Assembly: GCA_004022145.1 (NCBI GenBank)
Contig: RCNU01000001.1
Source: Paecilomyces variotii
Taxonomy: Eukaryota
DNA: 64,000 bases
Direction: 5' to 3' (one strand)
Below are positions 13,031 to 25,518 of this stretch, one piece after another. The notes under the pieces were generated by a model that ran no database searches, had not been told where the DNA came from, and saw only the letters and a list, made by a program, of their open reading frames with translations. Position 1 is the first letter of the stretch. Each line of letters begins with the position of its first letter. A program made the translations under genes and the position numbers.

Positions 13031-14089
13031 ATGTCAGCACCTCGTTTCCCCAGCCGTCTTCCGCGGCGTATTGGGGACCGGTCCGCCGGTCTTCCTGCCT
13101 GCGGTGTCAATTCTGCTATGCAGCAGCGTGATCGCCAGTTCCGCCGCCTTCACAGCTGTTTGCACCCGGCGAATCCTCCTCCTCCGCCCCCTCCCGTGGA
13201 TCGATCGAACCTGACGGTTCATCGTCCCTTCCTCCGAGTCTACTCTGGTGACCAGCAGCGTCGCGAGGAGCAGCCTGCCAAGATTCCTCGCTCCTCATCC
13301 CCCCCGACGTCAAAGGTGCCAATGACTCGGCCCTCTCGCCTTCCTGTCCGCTCTGCCGACTCTCCTGTCCGGTCCTCGATCCGAGAGGATGTGGCTGCCC
13401 GTCCCTTTATTCGCCGTACGCAGCGTATTGAGGAACGGCCCGATCCTGTGCCTCGCTTGTCAACTTTCCAGAGGTCACAGATGCCCGTCTCTCGGCTTCC
13501 GAGACTGCACCGCCCCCAAAGCCGACCTGCCGACCCCCCTACTCGTCCTCTGGATCAGCAGAACTTGACCGTACGCCGTTCTGTCTTCCGCAGCTCGTCC
13601 AAGCTTGCACCTAGAGTGCCTGTTCGTCCTGCGCCACGGCATTCTGCTGTTCCCTCTGACGAGTCCCGACCCCGACCGGATATAGTGGCCCGTCGTGCAC
13701 TAGATCCCCAGTCCTCGGCTTCCCGACGTGCAGTTCCCCAGGAATCGGCCCGTGTCTTCGAGCTCAGTCTCGCGGAACGCAGAGCAGCTCGAGAAGCCCG
13801 ACCTCGACCTTGGTCGCAGGAAGGTAAGTCGTCCCTTCCAAAGGGATCGTTCTCGACTCTTCGCCAACCGGTCTCGACGTCGTCGAATGACCCCAATTCG
13901 GTATCTGCCCGTGCTCGCCGACTCATCGCATCAATCCGCTCGGTTCTTGGCAAACCGGCACTCTCGAAAGAGGATGCCAGTGGAAGCAAGGACAAGGGGA
14001 CGAAGTGTGTACGGTTCGGTGGTGTCACGGTCAAGACCGTTTCGAGGTGGATCGACCCGAACAAGCACGTGTTCGAGGGCCTTGTCTGA
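13031..14089 (+). CDS. Arg/Pro/Ser-rich orphan protein (352 aa) with internal repeats; function unknown
   Basis: Long single ORF after a CT-rich leader, ATG context acgATG; imperfect repeats PPVDRSNLTVHRPFLR / RPLDQQNLTVRRSVFR; C-terminal KCVRFGGVTVKTVSRWI. Confidence 0.6.
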   Translation: MSAPRFPSRLPRRIGDRSAGLPACGVNSAMQQRDRQFRRLHSCLHPANPPPPPPPVDRSNLTVHRPFLRVYSGDQQRREEQPAKIPRSSSPPTSKVPMTRPSRLPVRSADSPVRSSIREDVAARPFIRRTQRIEERPDPVPRLSTFQRSQMPVSRLPRLHRPQSRPADPPTRPLDQQNLTVRRSVFRSSSKLAPRVPVRPAPRHSAVPSDESRPRPDIVARRALDPQSSASRRAVPQESARVFELSLAERRAAREARPRPWSQEGKSSLPKGSFSTLRQPVSTSSNDPNSVSARARRLIASIRSVLGKPALSKEDASGSKDKGTKCVRFGGVTVKTVSRWIDPNKHVFEGLV

Positions 14090-14628
14090 ATCCCCCGAGG
14101 ATTACAAGGATGGAAGGTGAGAGTGTAAGGTAAGTATAAAGGTAGGTGCCCCCCTCCCCCAAAACGAAAAGAGCTGGGAATCAAGGTATTGCTGGCCACT
14201 TTATCTTGTTTCCAAGCACCAAAAAAAGTTGAAAAGACAAAATCATCCTAAAGAATCTCGGGCGAGAAGCCCATTTTGTTGTCATGTATCCATAACCGTG
14301 CATGTATTATATTCCTGCATGTATTACCCTTTGGTTGGCTCTGGTCTCTCTCCGGAGAGGTCATCCAGGTACTGCTGACGTTGTATAGGTCGTCCCGCAC
14401 GTGTCCTTGTCTCACCGGAGACGTCGGTATGGTGGCGCGCTCGATGCGCTTTCCAGGTGAGTATCTTGAACATCAAGAAACAAATTTATGCTGATCACAT
14501 TAGGACATCTCAACGGGGCTCCCTACAGGGTATAAGGACGTATCCCGTACGCGGGGGTAAGGCGCATCCTCGGCGAGAAGACGTGTTGTGGACGAACGAG
14601 ATTACCGCCACCATCGGGTCGGACTGAC

Positions 14629-14907
14629 GCGCCCCGGACGCGAGTTATGGTGGTGTGGCTTTCGAGTCACCATGGTACGTCTCTAGGAGTGGTCAGATGC
14701 TTCACAATAATAGTTATCTGACAGCATAGATCCGACCCGTCTCAGATTCCGCTTCTGAGTATGCGCCCCGGACGCGAGATATGGTGGTGTGGCTTTCGAG
14801 TCACCATGGTACGTCTCCAGGAGTGGACAGATGCTTCACAAGTAGTAGTTATCTGACAGCATAAAGACCCGTATCAGATTCTGCATCTGATTATGCGCCC
14901 GGACGCG
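14629..14907 (+). repeat. Tandem repeat, about 133-bp unit, about 2.1 copies, each with an intron-like segment
   Basis: gcgccc(c)ggacgcg recurs at 14629, 14763 and 14895; the first two units are near-identical (atggtggtgtggctttcgagtcaccatggtacgtctc...tagttatctgacagcata). Confidence 0.92.
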
Positions 14908-16492
14908 TGTAGTGCTGGCTAGCTTTGTAGCTTGTTATTCGGTGCGTTCTCAAGTCCTTCAATCCTGCGTCACTTGTGGTCTCTAACTGCTGACAGGTTA
15001 ACGACTTACGACTGCCGCCGCATTCCGATGGGACTATTGGTGGTTGGATGTCGTCAGACACATAGTATGTCAGTTCACCATACTGTACTGCTGCAGAGTG
15101 CTAATTTATCTTCTAGTGAGATTGCATGTGGTTATCATCTGCGTTGCTACTTGGGAGGAATCGTGGATACCACTCCAGATTGTTATCGTTGTGCAGTCGT
15201 ATTGCCTGTCTCGTAAGCTACTGTCATATCTTTCACAGTGGAAAACGCTTGCTGACCAATGCAGTTGATGAGACGGCTAGACGCTGCGATTGCTGTTGTT
15301 GTTGTTTTTGACACTGCGATGTATTTCTTATCGGATGTATAACTTTAACCCGCACGCATCGTATAATGCATATCTTATGCTGTTTCGTCATGCCATGTTG
15401 TATATCGGGGAGCTTGGAGAAGTGTGCACCGCCGTAGATACTGAGGGCATAGTGTAGGAAATGAAGCTGTAGTTCGAATAAAGTAAACCAAGAGTTGGGA
15501 GTGGAGCCGGAGGACGGATCGGATCTCCCCCAGTCACATGACCCAAACAATTCACCTTATGGCTAGTTATTAGTGAATATTGCCGCGGGGATTAGTCATA
15601 GGTCGCAGAAGAATTGTATGATTTCCAACAGCTCTAAATTGGGAGGATGATACATAATAGGATTGAAATGTGATGAAATGCGCAATTAAAGCAGCAGATA
15701 CGTCCCTTGTGCTCCATATACTTTTCAAGTTGAGCATTGAATTGTCTGATTGTACAAGATACAGTTGTTATGTACTAAAGTACCACTACATCGAGATGTG
15801 GGATTCCTGAGAGAGTCGAACTTAGATGACGATGTGGGCGTAAGCGGTCCTAGTGATCATGGGATATGAGGAGTCCCGAAGCTGAAGCGAGAAGGTAAGA
15901 GTCAGAGTAAATAATCGGCACAGTACAGTAGTGTCAGGATAGATGGATGATGAGAGGCGGATGCTTTGATGGATCAACATGAATTGGTAAAAAGAAAAAA
16001 AGAAAAGAAATCGAACACAGGGAAAGATCCCCAAGCTAAAGAACAGACAATCCCCTTCCTGACAGATAAAAAGACACAGATAAACAAACGCCCATATAAC
16101 GCCAGCAGTTCGACTTCGGACACGGTAAGATGCCAGAATGACAGCACAAAAAAAATGCTAGATATGGAAGTCAGTGGAGAGGAATGATGATGAGGCCAGT
16201 TTACAGCAATAGAATCGTGAATTGATAATGGTCCGGGAGATGAAACATGAGTCTATGGGGGAATGGACTAGAGGAGAGGGAGGGGTCTGGGAGACCCCAG
16301 AGAGATCCGGATAATCGGACATCGTAAGAGGTTGAGGTGATGACAAATGGATAGGTCGATACAACCGAAAAAAGCGCCCACGCTCCAGCATAAAACCGTT
16401 GGTTTGGTTTCTATCATGCCAACATGAAAAGTGGATGCCGACACCATATATGATAAAGAGACGATCATCGCCTGATATTATCGGCTGCCGGT

Positions 16493-18209
16493 TTAGGGAG
16501 GTGTAGGAGTTTGCCTAACCTCTGTGTCCACGGATCGGCTGCCTCCATTGGGCCGCATATCGTTATGCGAGCTCTGTATCCCGGAAGGATTCACTCCAGC
16601 GGCAGCAAGAGCGGCTTGTTGCTGCTGCGCAACCACCTCCCTTGCATAAAACTCTACCAGCATCGTCCCATATGCTTCCAGCTCTTCGACAGGGACGGAA
16701 AGACGGAAGTCGTTCAATAAGAGAAATTGTAGTTCAAGATGGTTCAACTCGACTAGAGGTAGCCCACCGACCTAAGGGTACAGAGTTAGCAATGAGTGAT
16801 AAGGAAACGAGTATGTCTCGACGTCAAGAGAAGAGACGACCGCCCATTGGGCCGAGAGAGTAGCTGGGTGGCCAACGACATACCTTGGCGTATCGTGAAT
16901 TGGTATAGAAAACATCTGAAAAGAATTTACTGGCGCACGTTACACCTGCTATCACCAGGCGGTGAATGTTGAAGCTGTCTACAACGAAAAAGTGAGAGAG
17001 TCCATCGTCGTCCTCCTGCAGCTGTAATGAAGGGGGTATCGAAGACGTCGGCGATTTCGGATCCTGCGCACTCATACCCGTTGACGATGGAGGAGTGACC
17101 ATCGACGATTGAGCTCTGGATCTTTGAGGCGTCTGGGGACCCGAGGACGGGGGTCTAGGTGCATCCGGTTGTACAGTAACGGTGCGCTGGGCCCGCCGCC
17201 GCAACCGCTGGAGATAGTCCCTGTTCACGGTCTCTGTCATGCGGTCAAAATAGACCAACAAACTCAGAAAGACCTCGTATGTGGTCGGACAATATTTGTG
17301 TATCCGACTGAGGTAGTTTAGAATAGTGATGCTCGGCACGTTCTTGCCATGAAAAGCTAGAACGCTGGTAGCCTGCGGGCTAAGAGCTGTCGTCCCATCC
17401 GGAGGCGGAATATGTCGATGTAGATTCTCATGCTGCAAGTCATTCGTGGTTGTGATCTTGGTCAGCAACCCTGCCACCATCTCAATGATGTCTGTCACCG
17501 GCATCGAACTGATTTCATATTGGCGGCCGACCTCGACACCTCCCTCTCCCGATCCCTGGGACCGCTGAGACTGCGCTAGAAACTCTTCACTGGCGAAGCT
17601 CTGGATATGTGACAGATCCCGCACCTTGATGCGGCTTGGAGAGGAAGCCTCCGAATTCCCTAGGGACCTCGTCGATCGATGGGTAGGATGTAATCGCGGA
17701 GAGGACGGGGAGCTCGTCCAGCCAGATGCCGCAGCAGTTGCTGTGAGGCCTGACGGTCCTCGGGCATGATAGGCAGTTTCTTGCCCTTCCCCTGCGGGAT
17801 CCTGTCTTGGATGCGCTGAATGATGGTGGGTAGAAGGAGGGGCGGGGTGATCGGTCATGGGCGCGGCAGTAGAACGGTCGTCAGCTGAGGGAGCTACCGC
17901 AGACGGTCCGCTAGGAGGCTGAGTGAATGTGTGAGATTGAGCATTGATATAGGCTGGGATCTCGTGAGAGCGCCGGGGCGGCAGATTTGTAGACGTCGAT
18001 GGCGGGACGGTGGCCGAGGTGGGGGTATTAGCGGTGGAGGCAGACCTGGAGCTGCCAGTCTCCAGCTGCGAGGGCTGTGATGTTGAACGAGAAGACGGCC
18101 GAAATGGAGGTTCAGAAGACGTCGTCGCCTGGTTGACCGTACCTCCCAGCATCGTGTATGGGGGATGGACCTGCTCCGACACCGCGTGGCTGAGGACGAC
18201 CGATCCCAT
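16493..18209 (-). CDS. Pho85-type cyclin (Pho80/Pcl6/Pcl7 family); exons 18209-16884 and 16771-16493
   Basis: Cyclin-box motifs AFHGKNVPSITILNYLSRIHKYCP and FNIHRLVIAGVTCASKFFSDVFYTNSRYAK spliced to VGGLPLVELNHLELQFLLLNDFRL. Confidence 0.9.
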
Positions 18210-19891
18210 ATCAGCCCGGCGAGATCGAGGCGAAGCGAGGGGAGTCGATCCAAGAGGGGATCCCCGCTATGCTTTCACGCGACGCACCCCAGGTCAGCAG
18301 GATGCTTTGCCAGCAAGAGATTATAGCGAGAATAGCAGATACACAAGCGTCTCATACAGGCCAGGAAAGGAAAGGCCCGCTTATCGCAGCAATCCGAAGA
18401 GAAAGCCCGTCTGCTTTTAGCCCACGGACTGACGATGCCAGCAGGACAAAACTGCTTTGATCACAGCAACACAAACAACAGAACTCCAACCAGAGGCGGA
18501 GCGAGGAGGGAATTACGGCCACAAGCTCACACCACAAGGAAGCATTGCGAGATGGATCGCAAGATGGATGTGGCGGTGTTGAACGATGGCCTGAAGCCTG
18601 GGAGGAACGACGATAGACCCCCCGTGGTCCCAGACTGGAGATGGAAGGACGCTGGAACGGAACGGCCCACTCCAAGAGGCCCGCCTTGAGGTCAAGATAT
18701 CCTGCTGTTCCGCTGACGCTACTAGATTTCCTACCAAAGCACTCAATCGGATGGCCAGACTGCGAGTGCGTTTGCCTGACTCTCCGGTGTGATTTAGATA
18801 CGAGTGGCAGTATCGCGTCGCCGCTGGGGATGAGATGACGGCAGCAGAGCCACGGGCAGCGAACCAGAAGCTACCGCAACCTCCACCGGAATGACACCAG
18901 TGGAAACGCGAAAGAGAGATAGTTGCCCAGACGCGCAGGAAACAGTTGGGGAAGATGAATCGCAGAGTAAGGACGCAGGATGGACTAAAAAGAGATCTAA
19001 GGAAGAAACGAGACCCCCAACAAGCGCTTCCAGCAAGAGAGGGAGCGAGCAGATCGAAGGGACAGATGGTCTCGATCGCGCAATGCCTTGTTGCAGCCCG
19101 TCAGAGGACGCGATAAGTTACGGGCGATGTTGGAGATGGGCGAATGATGTTGCGCCGGCCGCGCAGGTGGCGGAGGGCGATGTGATGATTCCAGAGCGGC
19201 GATCGCGCCTGTCCAGGAGCGCCCAAACTAGCGAAACTCGAACTCCAGACAAGGACCGTCAGCCCCGTCGACCTCCGTGGCAGGGGATAAAAAGGGACAG
19301 AAAGGAACAAAAAGGCCGAGAAGCGCCAGCACGCGACTCTCGCTGTAGATGGATTCTTCTTCCTGTATCTTGGAATATCTGTCGTTGAAGATTGGATATG
19401 GCAGTGGCCCAATGGCAGCTGAACAGTACATAATCCGCCATGTGACGAACTAACTCGAGGAGATCTGTGAGCATTCAGGATGGACAATCTTGGCGGCAAT
19501 GGTTGACGTCTAGTTACCTGGCCCATCCGGAACTATGACCACCAGCTTATTCCCTTACAACTAGCTAATGATCTATAGCTTACGGGGCAGCATTGTCCAT
19601 TGCATCGTAATAACATCTAGGGATGAACATGACCATACCCAGTCACTTGGATTTGACACAGCAAGTCACCAAGAAGATCACAGTGCATCGTTAGAAACAA
19701 AGAGCTTAAGAGCTCTGCTGCGGCTATTACGGGGAATTCACTACGAGTTGCAATGAGGCTGAGACAGGAAACCCGTTCAAGGCCATCGGAGGCGCTGCAA
19801 TAATGCCGAGGACACTTGCGTTAGATCAAAACAAGTCCTCCTAATGCGGTAGAAGTAAACGGATCCGATCGTCGTATTATTAGTACACTCA

Positions 19892-20813
19892 TTACTTCGC
19901 ACCTGGCCCAGTGTAGCCATTGTCCGGCAGGTACAGATGTCGAATGGCGCCCTTGGCCGTCAGGACCACCATACGGATAACACCACCGGAGCTGCCGTCC
20001 CACTTGATAGCCTCCTGCAGGGCACTCTTCACGAACTGGACTCCCTCCTCCTCCGTCATGTCTTCCTTCCAATGAGCGTCACAGTAACCGTAGATGTAAG
20101 TTGAGCCAGACCCGCCAATCGAATAGGGCTGCTTGTGGAGGGAACCGCCCAGCGGTATCGAATAGACCTGTCCACCGTGTCGCTTGTCGTATCCCGCAAT
20201 GATAATACCGGCACTACAAAAGCACGTCGTCAGTCTCATTTAAGCAAGGGATCACTGGACATGAGAAACGCACCTCAGCTGGTCCTTGTTCTCATAGCAC
20301 AGCTCCTGGAAGAGCGCAGCCGCGGTCTGAGTCGTGGGGGGTTCGTTGTTGACGATCCCGTACATGTTCAGATGGTAAGAGACGATATCTGCAACCGCCT
20401 GGGTGTCGGCCGCAGAACCGGATCGGCAGCACCAGATGGTGTCGTGAACCTGGGTCAGCTTGTCCGTCACTCGATTCGCGATGTATGCTCCGGTCGTCGT
20501 TCGGCTGTCTGCGCCCAGGATGACTCCGTCTCTGAAGGTGATTGCCATGCTGCTCGCGGTTAACAAGACGACTTTCGTTGACCGGTGAGGTCATGAGGCT
20601 CACATTGATGTTCCGAGGCTGAAAAGTGAACGGGTTAGCTGGTAGATATGGACGTGAGCTGTAACTGGAACTCACTTCACTTCTCCTTTCTTCAGATGGT
20701 TCATATCGACATGGATACCATCTAGCAACCCGTCAGCAGAGTGCCGCACAGCTGGTCTGGGACATGACAAACTGACCCTCCCCCAGCATTCCCGTCACAC
20801 CGTGGTCCATCAT
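19892..20813 (-). CDS. PRE3: 20S proteasome subunit beta-1, multi-exon
   Basis: Spliced propeptide ...LKKGEVNLG|TSIMA, then [48 protein letters not shown] and [12 protein letters not shown]. Confidence 0.95.
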
Positions 20814-20854
20814 CTTTACTCGAATTTCCCCGAGGCTGGTCGTCAAAGTCGTAT

Positions 20855-20988
20855 AGCTCCTGTCTAGAAGATAAAGGGCGTAAGGGGGATAAACGGAGGA
20901 TGAACAAGCGATACTAGGTCTCGAGCATGGAAGCTTAGATAGCGAAGGCAGACGACCAACGCGTTGGCGGCGGAGCTGCAATGGAGCT
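20855..20988. promoter_or_regulatory. Three GGAGCT hexamers in the PRE3/BEM46 divergent promoter (candidate proteasome-regulon elements)
   Basis: AGCTCC 20855-20860; GGAGCT 20972-20977 and 20983-20988. I recall GGAGCT as the proteasome-gene motif of filamentous ascomycetes; not verified. Confidence 0.4.
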
Positions 20989-21242
20989 GAGGCGGCGGGC
21001 GGTGAGCCATACCGAGCGCTGGTTGGCTGGGGCGTTAAGTAGAGGCCGTCCCGAGATGCTCCTGGAGAGGCTGGGGTCTCTCCCCGCGTCCTGCGAGACA
21101 TCATCGGAACTAGAGGAGCCCTGGATATCAAGTCCAGAGCTGCAGGATCTCCGCCTGTAGACTATTATATTAACCTATCCCACAAACTTTTAATCTGGCT
21201 GAACAAAGGCGCCATTCGACCTCATCACTCGGGTCACAGACC

Positions 21243-22400
21243 ATGTCTGAATCACCTCCACCCCCGCCCCAGTGGAATATCTCCACGATTGCGAGCAGCG
21301 CTGTCCAATTCCTCCGTCTGCCGGTGATTGCATCGTCCGGACTGGCTGTGGTCGCTAGCGGGCTTCTGTACTTTAAACAAAAGTAAGCCATTCTGTATGA
21401 ACCCAATAGCCCGAGGCACCGAGACTGACTCAATGGATGCAGCGAGCTCATCTACCCAAGAAACGTGCCAGTAGATGCGCGCACGAATGTTCCCAAGCCG
21501 AGCCACTTTGGAATCCATGATTTCGAAGATTTACAGATCCCTACGCCCGATGGGGAGTCGCTCAATGCGCTTTTCCTCCGGCCCCCCAACAAGCGTTTGT
21601 CAAAGAACGTCACCATTGTGATGTTCCATGGAAACGCTGGGAACATTGGCCACCGCATACCTATCGCCCAGGTCTTGGTAGAGGCACTAGGCTGTAACGT
21701 ACTCATGGTGGAATATCGTGGGTACGGGTTGTCAACTGGAGTGCCCGATGAAACAGGTCTGAATATCGACGCTCAAACAGCGCTGGATTATGTCAGGCAG
21801 CGCGCAGAGACAAGCGGCACGAAGATCGTCATATATGGGCAGAGCCTAGGCGGGGCTGTCTCAATCAATCTGGTTGCTAAGAATCAGCATAAAGGCGACA
21901 TCGCCGGTTTGATTCTCGAGAACACTTTCTTGAGTATTAGGAAGTTGATACCTTCGTATGTATTTGGAAATGATTGAATATTAACCCATCACGATTATGA
22001 CTAACGTAACGACAGAGTGTTTCCGCCAGCCAGATACTTGGCGCGGCTTTGTCACCAATATTGGGCCAGTGAGGATGTGCTTCCGAAGATCACCGACGTT
22101 CCTATCCTTTTCCTTAGCGGCCTGAAAGATGAGATTGTCCCGTGAGTGCCACATTTTGAAGATTTCCGTTATATTCTACTTCTATGCCCCAAACAAGGTG
22201 ATGTGGCAGGCACTAACGTACAACAACTTAGTCCATCCCATATGACTCAGCTCTTCAACCTCTGCAACTCCAGCCGGAAGGTGTGGCGTACGCTTCCCAA
22301 TGGGCAGCACAATGATAGCGTGGCCGAGCCTGGCTATTTTGATTACATACATTCTTTCCTTATGGAGGAAGTTGTCGAAAAGGAGCATCGAGAGTCTTGA
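21243..22400 (+). CDS. bem46: BEM46/ABHD13-family alpha/beta hydrolase, 4 exons
   Basis: N-terminal TM ...GLAVVASGLLYFKQ, FHGNAGNIGHR, EYRGYG, nucleophile GQSLGG, ILENTFLSI, LSGLKDEIVP and GQHND. Confidence 0.92.
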
Positions 22401-23249
22401 ATTCACTAGTCCGGTCTCAAAGGGAGGTGACTGGGCCGCAAAAGTGGGATATACACGCATTTGACCCCTCGTCCAATGGCTTGGGGTTTCACTCGAGCGG
22501 TCTTTATCTCACTTATCCATTACCGACTGTGTCGCCTACAAGGTTCCACCGCTCCCACGGCCGGCTTGCATATCGTTGGCACTCCTCCTTTCACTTTCTC
22601 TTCCGTTCTACAGTCTCCTTCATTAAGCTTTCAGATACCCCGGCGCAAAGAGGCTCATCTATACCCGGACATACTCATCATGTACAACCAAATGGTGTCC
22701 AGAAAAGGAACATCCTTTCCATCAAGAACAAGGCATGGGGCCACGTGATATCTATCACGGAGATACAGGCTACCTGATTTTTTGCTTTCTTGGTTTTATT
22801 GTTATGGGCTTGGCGTTATGGATTAGTTCTTCTTCGTCCATGGCGGAGCTGCCTGGACTTAATATTGTCTTTGTCGTGCATGCTTTTGATATCGTTACCT
22901 TCATCTGGTCATTCAAGGATCGGCATTGTTATGGGCTTTCACTAACCCTTTTCCCGGTCAATGGAGTGTACATGATGGATCCGTGTCTTACATATGTAGC
23001 TAATAGGGAATTTATTTTTGGTACAATCCACTCGGGCTATCCCGATGTGCCGTTAGTACATATATGTCTAATTTACATGTTAACATAAAATATGGTCCTT
23101 AAGATTTTAAATAACAGAGGGGACAGTCCGATCATAAAAAGAAAAAGTCTATTCCGACATTCAGTAGAGACATCCACCGGACAACAGTATACTTCCTGAA
23201 GAGCGGATAGGACGTTGAATCAATAATGGCACAAAAAGTCTCCGTGGCA

Positions 23250-24369
23250 TCACGAAATCTTTTCCGCCTCCTCCATCAACTCCTCGACCTTGAAGTGTTC
23301 CACATCTCCACTCGTGAACATTTTCAATAGCTCTCCCTTTCTTCCGCTCGCTTCACCACCGAAGTCATAGAAGCGCTGCACACAGCTCACCAGCCAGCTG
23401 GCCTCGGCCGGGGAGACGCCCTTGTCAGGAAGGACCTGACCATGCATCAGCACGAGGCCCTTCTCGTCCGCGAGGTCAAGGTGATGCGTGATAGTGGTGT
23501 GGGGTTCCGCGAAAGATCCATGCAGCTTGTACGCGGCGAGGTGTGTGAAAACGATAGTGGACGCGTGGGTGTTGGCGGTCTGCGATGGAGCATTCGATGG
23601 AGGCGGAGAGGCAGGCGGGTGGAATCCCCATTGGAGGAAATGGATATCGGCACCGCCAACGGCCGTCTCGACAGGCTTGCCATCTTCACCAGGTACCTGT
23701 TGCGTCTGCTGTCGGGGAAGCGGGAGGATGAACTGCGGGTGTTGGCGAGCGGCCTCGGCGATACGTCTATACGTTTCCAGCGGAATACAGGCGCAGATCG
23801 AGTTCGGGTTATTGGCATTGCGCAGTCTCCAGAGCGCTTCGATCTCCTTGTTCGGAAGCGTGAGGATCTTTTCAATGTCTAGGTAGGAGCTGAGGGGTCG
23901 GATGCCCGGCGTCTGCGAGGTAGGTTTGGTGGCTTCCGCCGCAGCTTTCACTGCCGGAGAAGCTTGAGGGGGAGGTGGGGGAGCTGGAAAAGGTGATTTC
24001 GAATCTGGAGCGGTAGTTGATGAGGGTGCAGGCTCGGGTGTCGCGACCGTCGCTGCCTCTCGTCGGAGCTTCTCGATCTTCTCCTTGTATGCCGCTTGCA
24101 ACGACTCGATGGACTCGTGACCCTCTCTGAGAAAGGCGTTAGGATGTTTTCTATAAACCCAAACAGGTATACGAGACATTCAGTCCAACTACTTACTCCT
24201 TCGCCTTCTTATCCAGCTTAGCCTTATACTTCTCTATGATATGACTCCGGTCATGATGCGTAGCGAGGAAGCGCACGTCGTGAACCTGCGCCCATCGTCG
24301 CTGCTGGTGTCGTAGCGGGCATCTGGCTTTCAGAAGGCCCTGAAACACTGGCGACCTGATTGACCGCAT
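23250..24369 (-). CDS. ATP11: Mitochondrial F1-ATPase assembly chaperone Atp11, 2 exons
   Basis: Arg-rich presequence MRSIRSPVFQGLLKAR..., KYKAKLDKKAKE, LSSYLDIEKI, EIEALWRLR, PQFILPLPR, IHFLQW and GLVLMHG. Confidence 0.92.
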
Positions 24370-25132
24370 TGTGGACAGAGGTGGGGAATCAGACGACAAG
24401 GAAAAGAAAAAAGTTGAGATGAGATTCGAGATTGGAGTTTATACAAGTCGGTCCCAGATTGGCCGCACCTCGGAGTGCCATTGTGGTTACTGTGGTCACC
24501 CGGATTCGGGATGTTCAAGCCACAACCCCGTATTATTAGTGTAGCTGCTTTAGTGCAGGACGCTACTTGAATTATGCCAAGGAGTCTAGATGGATGGATA
24601 CTTCAGGCCTGAAGGGTGTTAAGTCCATTTATGTTTCTAGCTATTAGCCGTATGGTAAAATCATACTAGAGGAATAACGCCCGGGCATTGAGTAATTGAT
24701 CAATTTTGGGTTAGAAACATCCATACCTAGTGATCAGACGCGCTTCGCGCTTAGCTTGTTGGTATAGCCGCGCCACCTTATGCCGGGGAGGCATAGAGGA
24801 GCCGGCTCGAGCTTATCTTGACCTTGGATAGATGGAACATGTCGAGCACTCCTTATTCGATTCAAGTTTCAGACATGTGACTTCCCTATTTGTCTGATCG
24901 AATAGAACGATGCGAAGATAGAGTATGGCAGGCCATGAAGAAAGAGATCCACGCATTATCTTGTCTTGGTCTGTGGCAGAACGAGCGTAACAAATATATG
25001 GGGCAACGCTCGTGGTTTGAGAAACGAATAATATTATACCAGCAGTCTATTAGGCACGGTTCAAAGGATAACTACTGTCTAGATAGTATGTATTCTAGAC
25101 TCTGAACTTCAGCGAGAAAGTCGATTAGCTAC

Positions 25133-25152
25133 CTACCTACCTAGGTAGGTAG
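25133..25152. repeat. Perfect 20-bp palindrome CTACCTACCTAGGTAGGTAG in the ATP11/ERV2 divergent intergenic region
   Basis: Read directly; (CTAC)n units abut their complement (GTAG)n around CTAG. Confidence 0.85.
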
Positions 25153-25518
25153 TTAGTTACCTGCATAAATCGTATATGATGACTCATCCATTTAGCTACT
25201 GTTTTATGAACATCGCCACGTGGAGCCGCGTTGCGGCTTAACAGTATCCATTCCGGAGAAGGAGTCTCCGTTAGATGAACAGCAACGGACTCCAATCTTC
25301 GTTCGCCATCCTCCAGAAGCCCTCCGTGGAATAGTTCTTGTCGCTCCTTGATTTCATTTAACATTAATTTTTTTTTCTTTGCAGCTGCCGAATCTGTTTC
25401 CTTCAACTTGCCTGGATCACATTGTTGCAATTGACGCCTTGCTGGCGCCGCTTGCCCCCGGAAATCGAACCATTGCCTTGAAAGTACAGCAAAGGGTATT
25501 TGTTTGCAGCCGCTCAAC

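Noticed and set aside
14629-14907. CRISPR-like interpretation of the tandem repeat
   Set aside because: The context is eukaryotic, whole units are duplicated with no unique spacers, and there are no cas genes.
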